Shown in pieces: positions 53,279 through 62,605 of a DNA stretch of 64,000 nucleotides. Position numbers and translations under genes: made by a program. This DNA is from an uncultured Candidatus Saccharibacteria bacterium (GTDB lineage: Bacteria; Patescibacteriota; Minisyncoccia; Phycocordibacterales; UBA2100). Positions within the stretch are counted from its first letter, which is position 1. The number at the start of each line of letters is the position of its first letter. Where the stretch lies: positions 21,652 through 85,651 of the forward strand of contig CAZOZG010000001.1 in NCBI GenBank assembly GCA_964584225.1, written 5' to 3'. The notes beneath the pieces are model-generated. The model was not told the origin of the DNA and did not search any database. It worked only from the letters and a program-made list of their open reading frames with translations.

Positions 53279-53578
53279 TTATCGCAAATCGACTGCAATC
53301 GGCTTGGGAAAGTCGACGAGCTCGACTTCGGCATACGAGACGGTGTTGCGACTCGTGTTGAGCCACGGTGCGTCCCTGAGTTTAATTCGGGCATCAAGGA
53401 ACGCATCGTTGAGGGCGCAGGTCAGTTCGAGAATTGACTGGTTGATCGATTGCATTTGTCCGACCGCCCAGCGCAAGAAATCCTCGACATTCTCGACCGT
53501 CAATCCTGTCTTCTTCAGCTCTCGCAATTTCAAAGTCGCTACTGCTTTGAAGGCGACAGTATCGCTACTCATGGTCAT
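53279..53578 (-). CDS. hypothetical protein (99 aa)
   Basis: ORF with protein-like composition between terminators. Confidence 0.3.
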   Translation of the reverse strand: MTMSSDTVAFKAVATLKLRELKKTGLTVENVEDFLRWAVGQMQSINQSILELTCALNDAFLDARIKLRDAPWLNTSRNTVSYAEVELVDFPKPIAVDLR

Positions 53579-53645
53579 GGATACCCCCTATTCGTGCTGA
53601 TTGATCTGCAAGCTGCGTTAACTATGCCTGCCCGCAGGAGGTGAG

Positions 53646-54287
53646 TCAACGTGACGAAAAAAGCGACGGCAGCATCGCGGCACGCGCGCGGAAGTTGCGC
53701 ACGCAGTCGTACAATGCACCGAGCGAAATGAGCGATTGCAATATACCGAGCGACGCATACGCCCACGGAGCGTCAAAGAGATGCGGCGAGCTGTAGACTG
53801 CGGCAAAGGAGGTCACGTTGAAAACAAACGCAATCGGAACGAGGTATTTCATCTCCATCACGTGTCGCGATTCGATCTCGCCAATATAGTCGGCAGGGAA
53901 ATGCATTCGCATCGAGCGGATAATTCGCAAGTCAACGACGTAAATCACAAAGACAAACGCTGAAAAGACACACCAGGTGAGAAACCACAGCACAAGATTC
54001 TGCATCATGCCGTATGCGATCACTTGAATAAACGCCGCGACGAAGTAGGTGAGCATGTGTTCCATCCGAAGTGGCCAACGGATAAAAGAAACTGCATGCA
54101 AAATCGCTTGCGACCAAAAGACGAGAAGAATAATCAGTCCGGCCAAGATGTAAGGAAGGTGCGGCCACATACCTGGCGTGTGCAGAATATCGAGCGTATT
54201 TTCGGCCAAGAAAGTAAGCGCCACCGCCTCGATGATGCTGATCAAAACAAGTTCGATGTTGAGTGCTATCTCATCGAGCTTGGTCAT
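53646..54287 (-). CDS. hypothetical polytopic membrane protein
   Basis: About 213 aa, 6 TM. Confidence 0.45.
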   Translation of the reverse strand: MTKLDEIALNIELVLISIIEAVALTFLAENTLDILHTPGMWPHLPYILAGLIILLVFWSQAILHAVSFIRWPLRMEHMLTYFVAAFIQVIAYGMMQNLVLWFLTWCVFSAFVFVIYVVDLRIIRSMRMHFPADYIGEIESRHVMEMKYLVPIAFVFNVTSFAAVYSSPHLFDAPWAYASLGILQSLISLGALYDCVRNFRARAAMLPSLFSSR

Positions 54288-54350
54288 GCCGGCATTGTAC
54301 ACGCAGGTACAAAAAGAGAAACCGCCGCGGCCTACTGGCCGCGGCGGGAA

Positions 54351-54878
54351 CTATTCAATAACTTGTGCAACCTCCCAATTAGGATCGGGGTCCACGAGCG
54401 GTTCTCGCTCGTGCGCGTAGACGACGACATCAGTACCGCGTACTTCCAGTTTCGTGACACGTGCCCGCGGGTCTAGTGCCGAGTTGTCGAATGTTCGCAC
54501 GAACTCGATAAACTCGGCTGCGAGTTCCCGAAACAGTGCATCACCTCGAGCACCCGGCGGGATCGTGATTACAAAGAAGAGATCGTCTTTAACCTCCTCT
54601 GGAAACTCTCCGTCTTTTATAAACTCAAACGAAACCTCACCGTCCCAGATTTTTTCAGCTTTACAGGCTTCGATGAGAGCACGGTCTACAAGAGCACGGT
54701 CTGCGTAGGTTCCGACTGTTTGGACAAGTTTGACACCGTACGCGTCGCGCAGTCTTTCAATTTCCTCCTCTCTTGCGAAGAGAAGTTGAATTTTGACAAG
54801 CCAGGGACATTCCGGATGCGTTCTGATGGCTTTTAGAATTCGACGCACAAGCGGCATCGAGGGTTTAAAGTCAAACAT
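54351..54878 (-). CDS. hypothetical protein (about 175 aa)
   Basis: Clean ORF followed on the minus strand by a GC hairpin plus T-tract (54308-54345). Confidence 0.4.
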   Translation of the reverse strand: MFDFKPSMPLVRRILKAIRTHPECPWLVKIQLLFAREEEIERLRDAYGVKLVQTVGTYADRALVDRALIEACKAEKIWDGEVSFEFIKDGEFPEEVKDDLFFVITIPPGARGDALFRELAAEFIEFVRTFDNSALDPRARVTKLEVRGTDVVVYAHEREPLVDPDPNWEVAQVIE

Positions 54879-54961
54879 CTTTAGTCTCCACGTTTCTAGC
54901 GGCACAGTACTCTATGTGTTTCCCGAAAGCAAAACCACCGCGACTGTCCACAGGGCAGTGC

Positions 54962-54991
54962 TTGACAGGTGGACCATGGTTCACCTATACT
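54962..54991 (+). promoter_or_regulatory. lexA promoter TTGACA-18-TATACT with embedded palindrome GTGGACCATGGTTCAC (Cheo-box-like GGAC-N4-GTTC)
   Basis: Near-consensus sigma70 hexamers; palindromic operator in the spacer; ATG 4 nt after the -10. Confidence 0.5.
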
Positions 54992-54994
54992 GAG

Positions 54995-55567
54995 ATGGCC
55001 ATGTATGAGGAGTATAAAAAGAAATTTCTGGCGTTTTATGAAAAGAGTGGGCGTATGCCCGGCTACGCGGAGACGATGGCATTCACGGGTTTTAGATCCA
55101 AGAACGCTGTGTTCAAACTTATCAGTCGACTTGTGGAGGAAGGAGTTCTCCGAAAAGACGCCCGAGGACGACTTTCCCCCGGTGCATTCGGACAGGGCAT
55201 TCGACTGCTTGGTTTGGTCGAGGCAGGATTTCCGTCGGCGGCCGAAGAAGAGCTTTTGGACACGATCGATTTTGATGAGTACCTGACGCCGAATAAAGAG
55301 TCGAGCTACATTTTGAAAGTAAAGGGTGATTCGATGATTGAGGCTGGTATCCAGCCGGGAGACATGGTGATTGTCGAGCGCAAAGCCAATTACAAGCCCG
55401 GGCAGATCGTCATCGCACAGGTAGACAGCGAGTACACGATGAAGTATTTGCGCAAAAAAGGCGATCGCTACTACCTCGAGCCGGCCAATGCGAAGTACAA
55501 GCCGATTTATCCGAAGGAAGCATTCAGCGTCGAGGCAGTCGTCACGGCGGTAGTTAGAAAGTACTAA
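54995..55567 (+). CDS. lexA: LexA repressor (S24 peptidase)
   Basis: N-terminal wHTH; C-terminal KVKGDSMIEAGI (Ser) and K-containing catalytic region. Confidence 0.85.
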   Translation: MAMYEEYKKKFLAFYEKSGRMPGYAETMAFTGFRSKNAVFKLISRLVEEGVLRKDARGRLSPGAFGQGIRLLGLVEAGFPSAAEEELLDTIDFDEYLTPNKESSYILKVKGDSMIEAGIQPGDMVIVERKANYKPGQIVIAQVDSEYTMKYLRKKGDRYYLEPANAKYKPIYPKEAFSVEAVVTAVVRKY

Positions 55568-55569
55568 CT

Positions 55570-56874
55570 ATGTGGGGATCTCCTCGAAATTTTCCAAGAG
55601 CGATTTTGCACGTCGACGGTGACTCTTTCTTCGCAGCAGTCGAAGTTGCGAAGAACCCATCGTTACGTGGCAAGCCCGTGATTACCGGCAAAGAGCGCGG
55701 CATCGTTTCCGCATGCACGTACGAAGCAAAAGCCCGCGGTGTGAAGCGCGGCGTGAAGTTGTCCGAAGCGCTGAAGGCCTGTCCCGACGCGATTGTGTTG
55801 CCCTCTGATTACGAAACGTACTCGCTCTTCTCGGAGCGCATGTACGAAATCGTGCGGCGCTACACCCCCGACGTAGAAGAGTATTCGATTGATGAATGTT
55901 TCGCGGATCTTACCGGTATGCGCCGCGTCAATCACATGGGCTACAGGGATATGGCACTCGAAATTCGGCAGAAGTTGAAGATCGAGCTGGGGATGACATT
56001 TTCCGTCGGTCTTTCGGCGACAAAAGTCTTGGCAAAAGTCGCGTCGAAGTGGGATAAACCCGACGGCTTCACCGTGATTCCAGTCGATGAGGCGCCAAAA
56101 TTTCTTGCGAAAATTCCCGCATTCAAAGTCTGGGGAATCGGCCACAACACTGCCGCCTATCTCGAAAAATTCGGCATCCGCACAGCGCTCGACCTCGCGC
56201 GGCGCGATGATGCGTGGGTACGCGCGAATCTCTCGAAGCCATTTTATGAACTGTGGCACGAGTTGAACGGTCGGGTTGTCTTCCAACTCGCAACTGAAAA
56301 GAGGGAGACCTATCAATCCATTAGCAAGACGAAGACGTTTACGCCGCCGTCGCGTGATCAGCATTTCATCTTTTCGCAGCTATCAAAAAATATCGAAAAT
56401 GCGTGCATCAAGGCGCGTCGCTGGAATCTTGCGACCAAAGAGATTTTCTTTTTCCTCAAGACGCAAGATTTCAAATATCATGGGTTTGAGATCAAGTTGC
56501 CGCATCTCACCTCAATCCCGCAGGATATTGTGCGCGAAGTGAAGCGTTTTTACTCGCAGGTGTATCACAAGGGCACGCTGTATCGAGCAACTGGCATCAC
56601 GCTTTTGAAATTGCGAGATGCCGACGAAGCACAGCTCGATCTTTTTGGTGCCGTACAAAAATCGGAGGGAATGAAGCTTGTGTTCAAAAGTGTAGACGAA
56701 ATTTCCGAACGCTACGGCAAGCACGCCGTGTTCTTGGGTTCGAGTTTTGAAGCGATGAAATTCGGCGCGCACCTTGGCTCACGAGGCGACACGCCCGCGC
56801 GCACCAAAGAGCTTTTCAAAGGGGAGACGTCTCGCCGACGGCTCGCGATTCCATCGCTCGGAGAGATTGATTGA
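55570..56874 (+). CDS. dinB: Y-family DNA polymerase (DinB/UmuC-like)
   Basis: ILHVDGDSFFAAVE and SIDECFADLTG catalytic motifs; translationally coupled to lexA. Confidence 0.85.
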   Translation: MWGSPRNFPRAILHVDGDSFFAAVEVAKNPSLRGKPVITGKERGIVSACTYEAKARGVKRGVKLSEALKACPDAIVLPSDYETYSLFSERMYEIVRRYTPDVEEYSIDECFADLTGMRRVNHMGYRDMALEIRQKLKIELGMTFSVGLSATKVLAKVASKWDKPDGFTVIPVDEAPKFLAKIPAFKVWGIGHNTAAYLEKFGIRTALDLARRDDAWVRANLSKPFYELWHELNGRVVFQLATEKRETYQSISKTKTFTPPSRDQHFIFSQLSKNIENACIKARRWNLATKEIFFFLKTQDFKYHGFEIKLPHLTSIPQDIVREVKRFYSQVYHKGTLYRATGITLLKLRDADEAQLDLFGAVQKSEGMKLVFKSVDEISERYGKHAVFLGSSFEAMKFGAHLGSRGDTPARTKELFKGETSRRRLAIPSLGEID

Positions 56875-57512
56875 GCGTGTACAATGAGCTCATGAATAAG
56901 AACCGACTCGAAGCCCTGTCGGACGGTGTGTTCTCCATTGTGATGACGCTTCTCATTTTCAACATCGCAGTTCCGACGATTCAGGGCACACCGACGGACG
57001 CAGCAGTTCTCCAGGATCTGCTGAAGCTTTGGCCCCTCTTGGCGAGCTACTTCACCAGTTTCGCCGTACTCGCGATGTTCTGGATCTCGCACAACTTTTT
57101 CTATCATTCATTCACGCTTGAGGTGAATCGAAAGCTGGTACTCCTCAACATGCTCTACCTATCGCTTCTCGCGTTGATTCCGTTTTCGACACGGCTTCTT
57201 GGTCAGTACGAAGATGTGCGCATCGCAGTTTTGGTGTACGGGCTGAATGTGTTTCTCATCGGTATTGTCGCGACATTCGTGTTGCATTATGCAATCTATT
57301 CGCATGAGATCGACATAAGCCACATCGAGCCGCGTCTGCTGCGGCAAGCTCGCGTGCGCTCGCTGATTACGCCGACTTTTGCCGCGATCGGCATCATCGC
57401 GGCATACTTTTCGACGCCGCTCGCACTTTTGTGTTTTGCATTCCCGGTCGTTTTCAATCTCGTGCCCGGCATGCTCAATTTCGCCGAGCAAATCTTTGGG
57501 TTTACGCTCTAA
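56871..57512 (+). CDS. TMEM175/DUF1211-like putative K+ channel, copy 2
   Basis: RLEALSDGVFSIVMTLLIFNI signature; paralog of 9373-9990. Confidence 0.6.
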   Translation: MSVYNELMNKNRLEALSDGVFSIVMTLLIFNIAVPTIQGTPTDAAVLQDLLKLWPLLASYFTSFAVLAMFWISHNFFYHSFTLEVNRKLVLLNMLYLSLLALIPFSTRLLGQYEDVRIAVLVYGLNVFLIGIVATFVLHYAIYSHEIDISHIEPRLLRQARVRSLITPTFAAIGIIAAYFSTPLALLCFAFPVVFNLVPGMLNFAEQIFGFTL

Positions 57513-57517
57513 AAAAG

Positions 57518-57552
57518 AAACCGCCGCGGCTTGCGGGCCGCGGCGGGTTTGC
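57518..57552. terminator. hairpin aaaccgccgcggc-ttgc-gggccgcggcgggttt (bidirectional)
   Basis: GC-rich stem with A- and T-runs on either side. Confidence 0.55.
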
Positions 57553-57563
57553 TGTAAGAGCAA

Positions 57564-57836
57564 CTACGTCACGAGTTTGACGGCAACGAATGACGGCCAT
57601 CGTTTGTTCCACGGTCCGTAGTGTAGATTAATTGCGTCGTCGAAATCTTTGCCGATCGTGTGGAAGAGCGTACGTGCGTTGACACACACAGTCTTACCAG
57701 GATGATCATGTGTCAGTCGCTTCTGATGCGCATTGAGCCACACATCGGCATTAGCGAATACCATGGTCTTCGTGATAGACCACGGACGTATCGCGTCCAT
57801 TTCTTCCTCAGTGAGGCCTTTCAGTTCAAAGATCAT
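57564..57836 (-). CDS. hypothetical protein (90 aa)
   Basis: ggagaaccc SD before the ATG at 57836. Confidence 0.35.
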   Translation of the reverse strand: MIFELKGLTEEEMDAIRPWSITKTMVFANADVWLNAHQKRLTHDHPGKTVCVNARTLFHTIGKDFDDAINLHYGPWNKRWPSFVAVKLVT

Positions 57837-57971
57837 GGGTTCTCCTTTTTCCGGACAGTGAGCGAGTCTGAACAAATTCAGAGTCGGTCGCTATCTAAAG
57901 TTAGCGTGCTGGTGGCGCCGCAGAGTACTGCGGCATCCTACAAAAATATAGTCGCTTCGCTTCTTATTTTT

Positions 57972-58365
57972 GTGGAGATGGAGGGAATTGCACCCTCGTC
58001 CAGAGAAGGGAAGATGTATGCTTCTACACAGCGTAGATCATCTTGAAGTTTTAAATCACGTACCTAAAAGATGAACGAAACGGTACGCGATCGAGCTCGT
58101 TGTCTCGGAAATCTGCTGAGCAGACAGAATTCCATGCTTGAGATTTGTTACGCCCGGCGGAAATTAATCAAGCATCATCTCCGTGGACGGCGCTTAGGCT
58201 ACGAGAGCGTAAGCGGGCTGCAGGTCCGCCAATTGAATTGGCGAGAGTACTGCACGTGCTACTTTGTTCGCACTTAGTTTTGAGGCAGTTTCGAAAGATG
58301 CCCCAACTTTGTTGTGCACATACAAAATCCTATTTCCCTGTCGAAACTGATCATCCCCCACCTCC
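57972..58365 (-). ncRNA. ssrA: tmRNA (SsrA), about 392 nt, standard (non-permuted)
   Basis: 5' GGAGGUGGGGGAUGAUCAGUUUCGACAGGG matches the GGGGnnG...GAUUCGACGGG tmRNA consensus. The 3' end is a T-arm-like GAGGGUGCAAUUCCCUC followed by CAUCUCC-A, which pairs perfectly with the 5' GGAGGUG. An internal frame SPIQLADLQPAYALVA-UAA is a plausible tag peptide. It lies immediately downstream of smpB. Confidence 0.7.
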
Positions 58366-58465
58366 ACAAAAATAACGAGCCGCAGGCGAGTATATTTTTG
58401 TAGGATGCCGAGCGTATGCGAGGCACCGGCATTTCGTTTTGGAAGTGGCGAATGACCACAACAGG

Positions 58466-58930
58466 TCAATCTTTCAAAGTGCGTTCGATGCGGCGTTTCT
58501 CTTCACGCGCTCGGATAGTATGACGTTTATCTTCCTTTTTCTTTCCGCGCGCAATGGCGATCGAGAGTTTCAGTTTTCGACCTTTATTGTAGACCTTAAT
58601 CGGCACGATTGTCAAGCCCTTTTGGCCTTCAGCTGAAGCCACATGTGCGATTTCTTTCTCTGTGAGAAGAAGCCGACGCGTTCGTTCTGCGTCGTAACTC
58701 TTTGGGGTGTTATTCGTTTGCCATGGTGGAATCGATGCGCCGACGAGGTACACCTCGCCACCGCGTGCGACGACGTGCGCACCTTTGAGGGAGCCGTGTC
58801 CGGCTCGAAGCGACTTCACTTCAAGTCCAAGCAATTCCAGACCCGCCTCCATCGTTTCAATGATCGAGTAGTCGAAGCTGACGCGGCTATTTTCCACCAG
58901 CGACATGTCGCTCACTATACCCCGCACCAC
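58466..58930 (-). CDS. smpB: SsrA-binding protein SmpB
   Basis: 154 aa; FDYSIIETMEAGLELLGLEVKSLR...RTRRLLL core. Confidence 0.9.
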   Translation of the reverse strand: MVRGIVSDMSLVENSRVSFDYSIIETMEAGLELLGLEVKSLRAGHGSLKGAHVVARGGEVYLVGASIPPWQTNNTPKSYDAERTRRLLLTEKEIAHVASAEGQKGLTIVPIKVYNKGRKLKLSIAIARGKKKEDKRHTIRAREEKRRIERTLKD

Positions 58931-59073
58931 TTTTTACAGAAAGAGGGTTTGAACGTGCAACGGTCGTACGGATACTGTTTGTTGTATAGATTGATGAGTT
59001 GGACGTGAAGAATGTGCCGCAGCAACGGCGTTTTTTCTTTTATAATCAGGCGTTTTATGTATAATGCCTTCTC

Positions 59074-60990
59074 ATGAGTGACGGAAATCAGAAACAACGA
59101 CGCGCACCAAAATCCCCGCGCGGACCGTCCACAGGTCCATCGTTGTGGATGCAGCTTGCAATTGCGTTTGCAGTCTTTTTGCTTCTTTCTGCCGCGTATT
59201 CGCTTCTTAGAGATTACGTCGTGAACCAACAAGAATCCGTTCCACTTTCGCAAATTGCCACCGACATCGTGGGCGCCAAGATCACGTCGATCACGATTGA
59301 AGGTGATTCGATCACTGCGACCTACACCGATAAGACAGAAAAGACTTCTCGCAAGGAAACTGAGAGCTCACTCACCGACACGCTCAAAAATTACGGTCTC
59401 ACGCCTGAGCAAATCGACGGCGTAAAAATCGAAGTCAAAGACGAAAGTGGCGTCCGGTTTTGGTTTCTCACGCTCGCTCCGCTGATTCTTCCGATCATCA
59501 TGATTTTTGCGCTGATCTGGTATCTCTCGCGCCAAATGCGAGGTGCGGGCATGCAAGCGTTTACTTTCGGTCGTTCGATGGCGCGCCTCACAAATCCGGA
59601 AGATACGGTGCAACGAGTCACTTTTGCCGACGTTGCCGGTGCCAAGGAAGCGAAAGCCGAGCTTTTGGAAATCGTCGACTTTCTTAAAAATCCGAAAAAA
59701 TTTATCCAAATCGGCGCGCGTATTCCAAAAGGCGTGCTTTTGATGGGAGCGCCAGGGACGGGGAAGACTTTGCTTGCGCGCGCGGTCGCCGGTGAAGCCG
59801 GCGTGCCGTTCTTCTCAATCTCGGGCTCTGAATTTGTCGAAATGTTTGTCGGTGTCGGTGCTTCGCGTGTGCGCGACCTCTTTCAGACAGCGAAAAAAGC
59901 ATCGCCCGCGATTGTCTTCCTTGATGAAATCGATGCCGTCGGACGCGTCCGCGGCACGGGCGTTGGTGGTGGCAATGACGAACGCGAACAAACACTGAAC
60001 CAGATTCTTGTCGAAATGGACGGCTTCGAGCCGAATGAAAAAGTCATTGTGATGGCAGCAACCAATCGCCCGGACGTGCTTGATCCCGCGCTCGTGCGTC
60101 CCGGCCGTTTCGATCGCCGTGTCGTCATTGATTTGCCGGATCGAAAAGATCGCGAAGATATTTTGAATGTGCACGCACGTACGAAACCGCTCGGGCCGGA
60201 TGTGAAGCTCTCAGTGATTGCCGAGCGCACGCCTGGTTTCTCTGGTGCGGACCTCGCGAATCTCATGAACGAAGGCGCGATTCTTGCTGCGCGCGAAGAT
60301 CGCAAAGAGGTGACGCAATTCGATCTCATCCGCTCGATCGAGAAAGTGATGCTCGGGCCCGAACGTCGCTCGCATGTTTTGAACGAAAAAGAAAAGAAGA
60401 TCACGGCGTATCACGAAGCCGGGCACGCGCTCGTCGCTTCTGTCTTACCGCACGCCGATCCGGTGCATAAAATTTCTATCATTTCGCGTGGCCGTGCGGC
60501 AGGATACACGCTGAAACTCCCATTTGAAGATCGACGCATGCAGTCGCGACTCGAATTCCTCGACGATATCGCCGTATCACTCGGCGGCTACCTTGCTGAA
60601 AAAATGATATTCGACGACGTCACGACGGGTGCTTCCAACGATCTCCAGGTACTCTCAGCGCTCGCGCGCGACATGGTCACGCGCTACGGCATGAGCGAAA
60701 AAATGGGACCAGTTGCATTCGACGCAGCACAGGGGCGCACAATGTTTGGTTCAGGACTCGAAGGTGGCGAACAATCAGAGCAGGTCGCCGCGCAAATCGA
60801 CGAAGAGGTGAAACACATCGTCGACGGCGCACACAAGCGCGCGGACGCAGTATTGAAAAAACATCGCAAAGCACTCGACGCCATCGCCGAGCGCCTCATC
60901 GAAGTTGAAACCATCGAGCGCGAAGAGTTTGAGCAAATACTCTTGGGCAACGGCATCGTCCCGAAGAAAAAAGAAGAGCGCGACGCCTAA
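59074..60990 (+). CDS. ftsH: ATP-dependent zinc metalloprotease FtsH
   Basis: 2 TM; AAA+ GAPGTGKT and DEID motifs; SRH; HEAGHAL zinc motif. Confidence 0.95.
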   Translation: MSDGNQKQRRAPKSPRGPSTGPSLWMQLAIAFAVFLLLSAAYSLLRDYVVNQQESVPLSQIATDIVGAKITSITIEGDSITATYTDKTEKTSRKETESSLTDTLKNYGLTPEQIDGVKIEVKDESGVRFWFLTLAPLILPIIMIFALIWYLSRQMRGAGMQAFTFGRSMARLTNPEDTVQRVTFADVAGAKEAKAELLEIVDFLKNPKKFIQIGARIPKGVLLMGAPGTGKTLLARAVAGEAGVPFFSISGSEFVEMFVGVGASRVRDLFQTAKKASPAIVFLDEIDAVGRVRGTGVGGGNDEREQTLNQILVEMDGFEPNEKVIVMAATNRPDVLDPALVRPGRFDRRVVIDLPDRKDREDILNVHARTKPLGPDVKLSVIAERTPGFSGADLANLMNEGAILAAREDRKEVTQFDLIRSIEKVMLGPERRSHVLNEKEKKITAYHEAGHALVASVLPHADPVHKISIISRGRAAGYTLKLPFEDRRMQSRLEFLDDIAVSLGGYLAEKMIFDDVTTGASNDLQVLSALARDMVTRYGMSEKMGPVAFDAAQGRTMFGSGLEGGEQSEQVAAQIDEEVKHIVDGAHKRADAVLKKHRKALDAIAERLIEVETIEREEFEQILLGNGIVPKKKEERDA

Positions 60991-60993
60991 TCG

Positions 60994-62064
60994 TCAGTTC
61001 GCGATTTTCCAGTGAATTGTTTCGTTACCGAGGCCGTGCTTTACGTGGCCAATCGGCCAGAGGTTGACTCCTTCATCGGTCACCACTGGTTCCGTGATTT
61101 GCCAATCTTTTTTCTCCAAGGTAATCGTCTCCGGACTTGGTTCGATGCCAAAGAATGTGGGTCCATTGAGCGAAAGGAATCCTTCCAGCTTATCGAGCGC
61201 GCCAAGTTCGTCGAAAACTTGTGTGTACATCTCAATCGCCGCAGGGGAGCAAAAAACGCCAAAAACGACGCACGAGGAAAATTTCTTGGCTTCTGGATGC
61301 GGCGCGCTGTCGGTGCCGGCGGAAATAAACGGCAGGCCTTTTCGGGCAATGTCGCGGACGCGCTCACGATCCTCGCGCGTTTTTATGAGTGGCTTCATGT
61401 GAAGGAGCGTGCGGTAGCCGCCCGAAAAGGCCTGCCGGCGATCGTACATAAGATGCGTCGGCGTGATGGTCGCAACCAATTGCCCGGCTTTTCCGTTCTT
61501 TTCCATAAAGTCGACTGCCTTCGCGGTCGACATATGTTCGAGCGACACCTTGAGCTTTGGATACGAGTCCAAGAGGCGCGGTAAGACGTCTTCGATAAAC
61601 ATGCGCTCACCTTCGTACGGATCTTCTTCTTCGTCGTGATCGTTGAGATGCACCTCGCCGTGCAAAAGAAGCGGCATGCCGAGCTCCTCCATCTTTTTCA
61701 GTACCTCATTCGCCTCGAGAATGCTGCGATAGCCCCACTGGGAATTTGTCGTTGCTCCGTACGGATACGATTTCACTGCATGCACGCCATTGCCGAATGC
61801 TTTTTCAAGTTCGTCAGGCTTCAGATTCTTCGTGAGATAAAAAGTCATCAGTGGTTCAAACGCACTTCCAGTCGGCAGTGCGGCACAAATTTCTTTCTTG
61901 TATTCCATCGCTTGTGTGAGCGTCTCAATCGGCGGCTCGGTGTTGGGCATCACAATCGCGGCGTGAAATTTTGCTGCCGTGATCGGCGTCACCGCTCGCA
62001 GTACCGATCCGCGGCGCAGGTGCACGTGCGAGTCGAATGGTTTCTTGATCGTTATGGTTTGCAT
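60994..62064 (-). CDS. pyrC: dihydroorotase (E. coli PyrC-like type II)
   Basis: DSHVHLR, VMPNTEPP, LLHGEV and GTDSAPH motifs. Confidence 0.85.
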   Translation of the reverse strand: MQTITIKKPFDSHVHLRRGSVLRAVTPITAAKFHAAIVMPNTEPPIETLTQAMEYKKEICAALPTGSAFEPLMTFYLTKNLKPDELEKAFGNGVHAVKSYPYGATTNSQWGYRSILEANEVLKKMEELGMPLLLHGEVHLNDHDEEEDPYEGERMFIEDVLPRLLDSYPKLKVSLEHMSTAKAVDFMEKNGKAGQLVATITPTHLMYDRRQAFSGGYRTLLHMKPLIKTREDRERVRDIARKGLPFISAGTDSAPHPEAKKFSSCVVFGVFCSPAAIEMYTQVFDELGALDKLEGFLSLNGPTFFGIEPSPETITLEKKDWQITEPVVTDEGVNLWPIGHVKHGLGNETIHWKIAN

Positions 62065-62124
62065 ATGCGACGCGTTTAGAATAGCATCTCTCTCGGCCAA
62101 CTTCACTCTATAGAGGAGGAGTAT

Positions 62125-62544
62125 ATGCTGGTATCGTTGCGCACACTCTTCTTCTACCTCCTGAGTAAGAAGATCGTGCGATTCGGCGGGGTCGGATGCT
62201 TGAGCACGTCCCTCTACTACGGGCTCTTCATACTTTTCGAGGGAGAGCTTGGTATCAGGTACGAAATCGCATCGGCGCTGGGCTTTCTACCGGCGTTTGT
62301 TGTGAATTTCGTGCTGCACAAATCGTGGACGTTTAGCAATCATTCGTACGATCTTCGCACGCTCGCAAAACAGCTGCCGAATTTCTCCCTGAACAAACTG
62401 CTGTTTTTCGCAGCGAATCTCGGGATGCTCCATGTATGTGTCGAGTGGATTGGGTTAGCGCCCTGGCTCGCACAGATCATCGCCATCGCCGTCTTAGGCG
62501 GCCTCAGCTACGTGAGTCTTCTGTACTGGGTATTTGCTCGTTAA
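62125..62544 (+). CDS. GtrA-like polysaccharide-synthesis membrane protein
   Basis: 139 aa, 4 TM; RFGGVGCLSTSLYYGLF typical of the GtrA family. Confidence 0.6.
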   Translation: MLVSLRTLFFYLLSKKIVRFGGVGCLSTSLYYGLFILFEGELGIRYEIASALGFLPAFVVNFVLHKSWTFSNHSYDLRTLAKQLPNFSLNKLLFFAANLGMLHVCVEWIGLAPWLAQIIAIAVLGGLSYVSLLYWVFAR

Positions 62545-62580
62545 CCTCCGGTCGCGTATCGCGTCCGGAGGTTTCTTGTT
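62543..62580 (+). terminator. rho-independent terminator (aacctccgg...ccggaggtttcttgtt)
   Basis: 9-bp outer stem with inner cgcg-tat-cgcg hairpin, then T-tract. Confidence 0.55.
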
Positions 62581-62605
62581 GTGAAGAAAGCGCTATACTG
62601 CGCCG

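Noticed and set aside
57660-58469. ORFs 57660-58046 (+), 58071-58277 (+), 58145-58375 (+) and 58194-58469 (-)
   Set aside because: They overlap the tmRNA gene or the antisense strand of 57564-57836; composition is not protein-like. A 26-aa frame after GGAGGUGGGGGAUG is just the tmRNA 5' acceptor region.
58915-59253. 112-aa minus-strand ORF upstream of smpB
   Set aside because: Cys/Arg/Lys-rich non-protein-like composition; lies in the divergent smpB/ftsH promoter region, which contains two TATAAT boxes.
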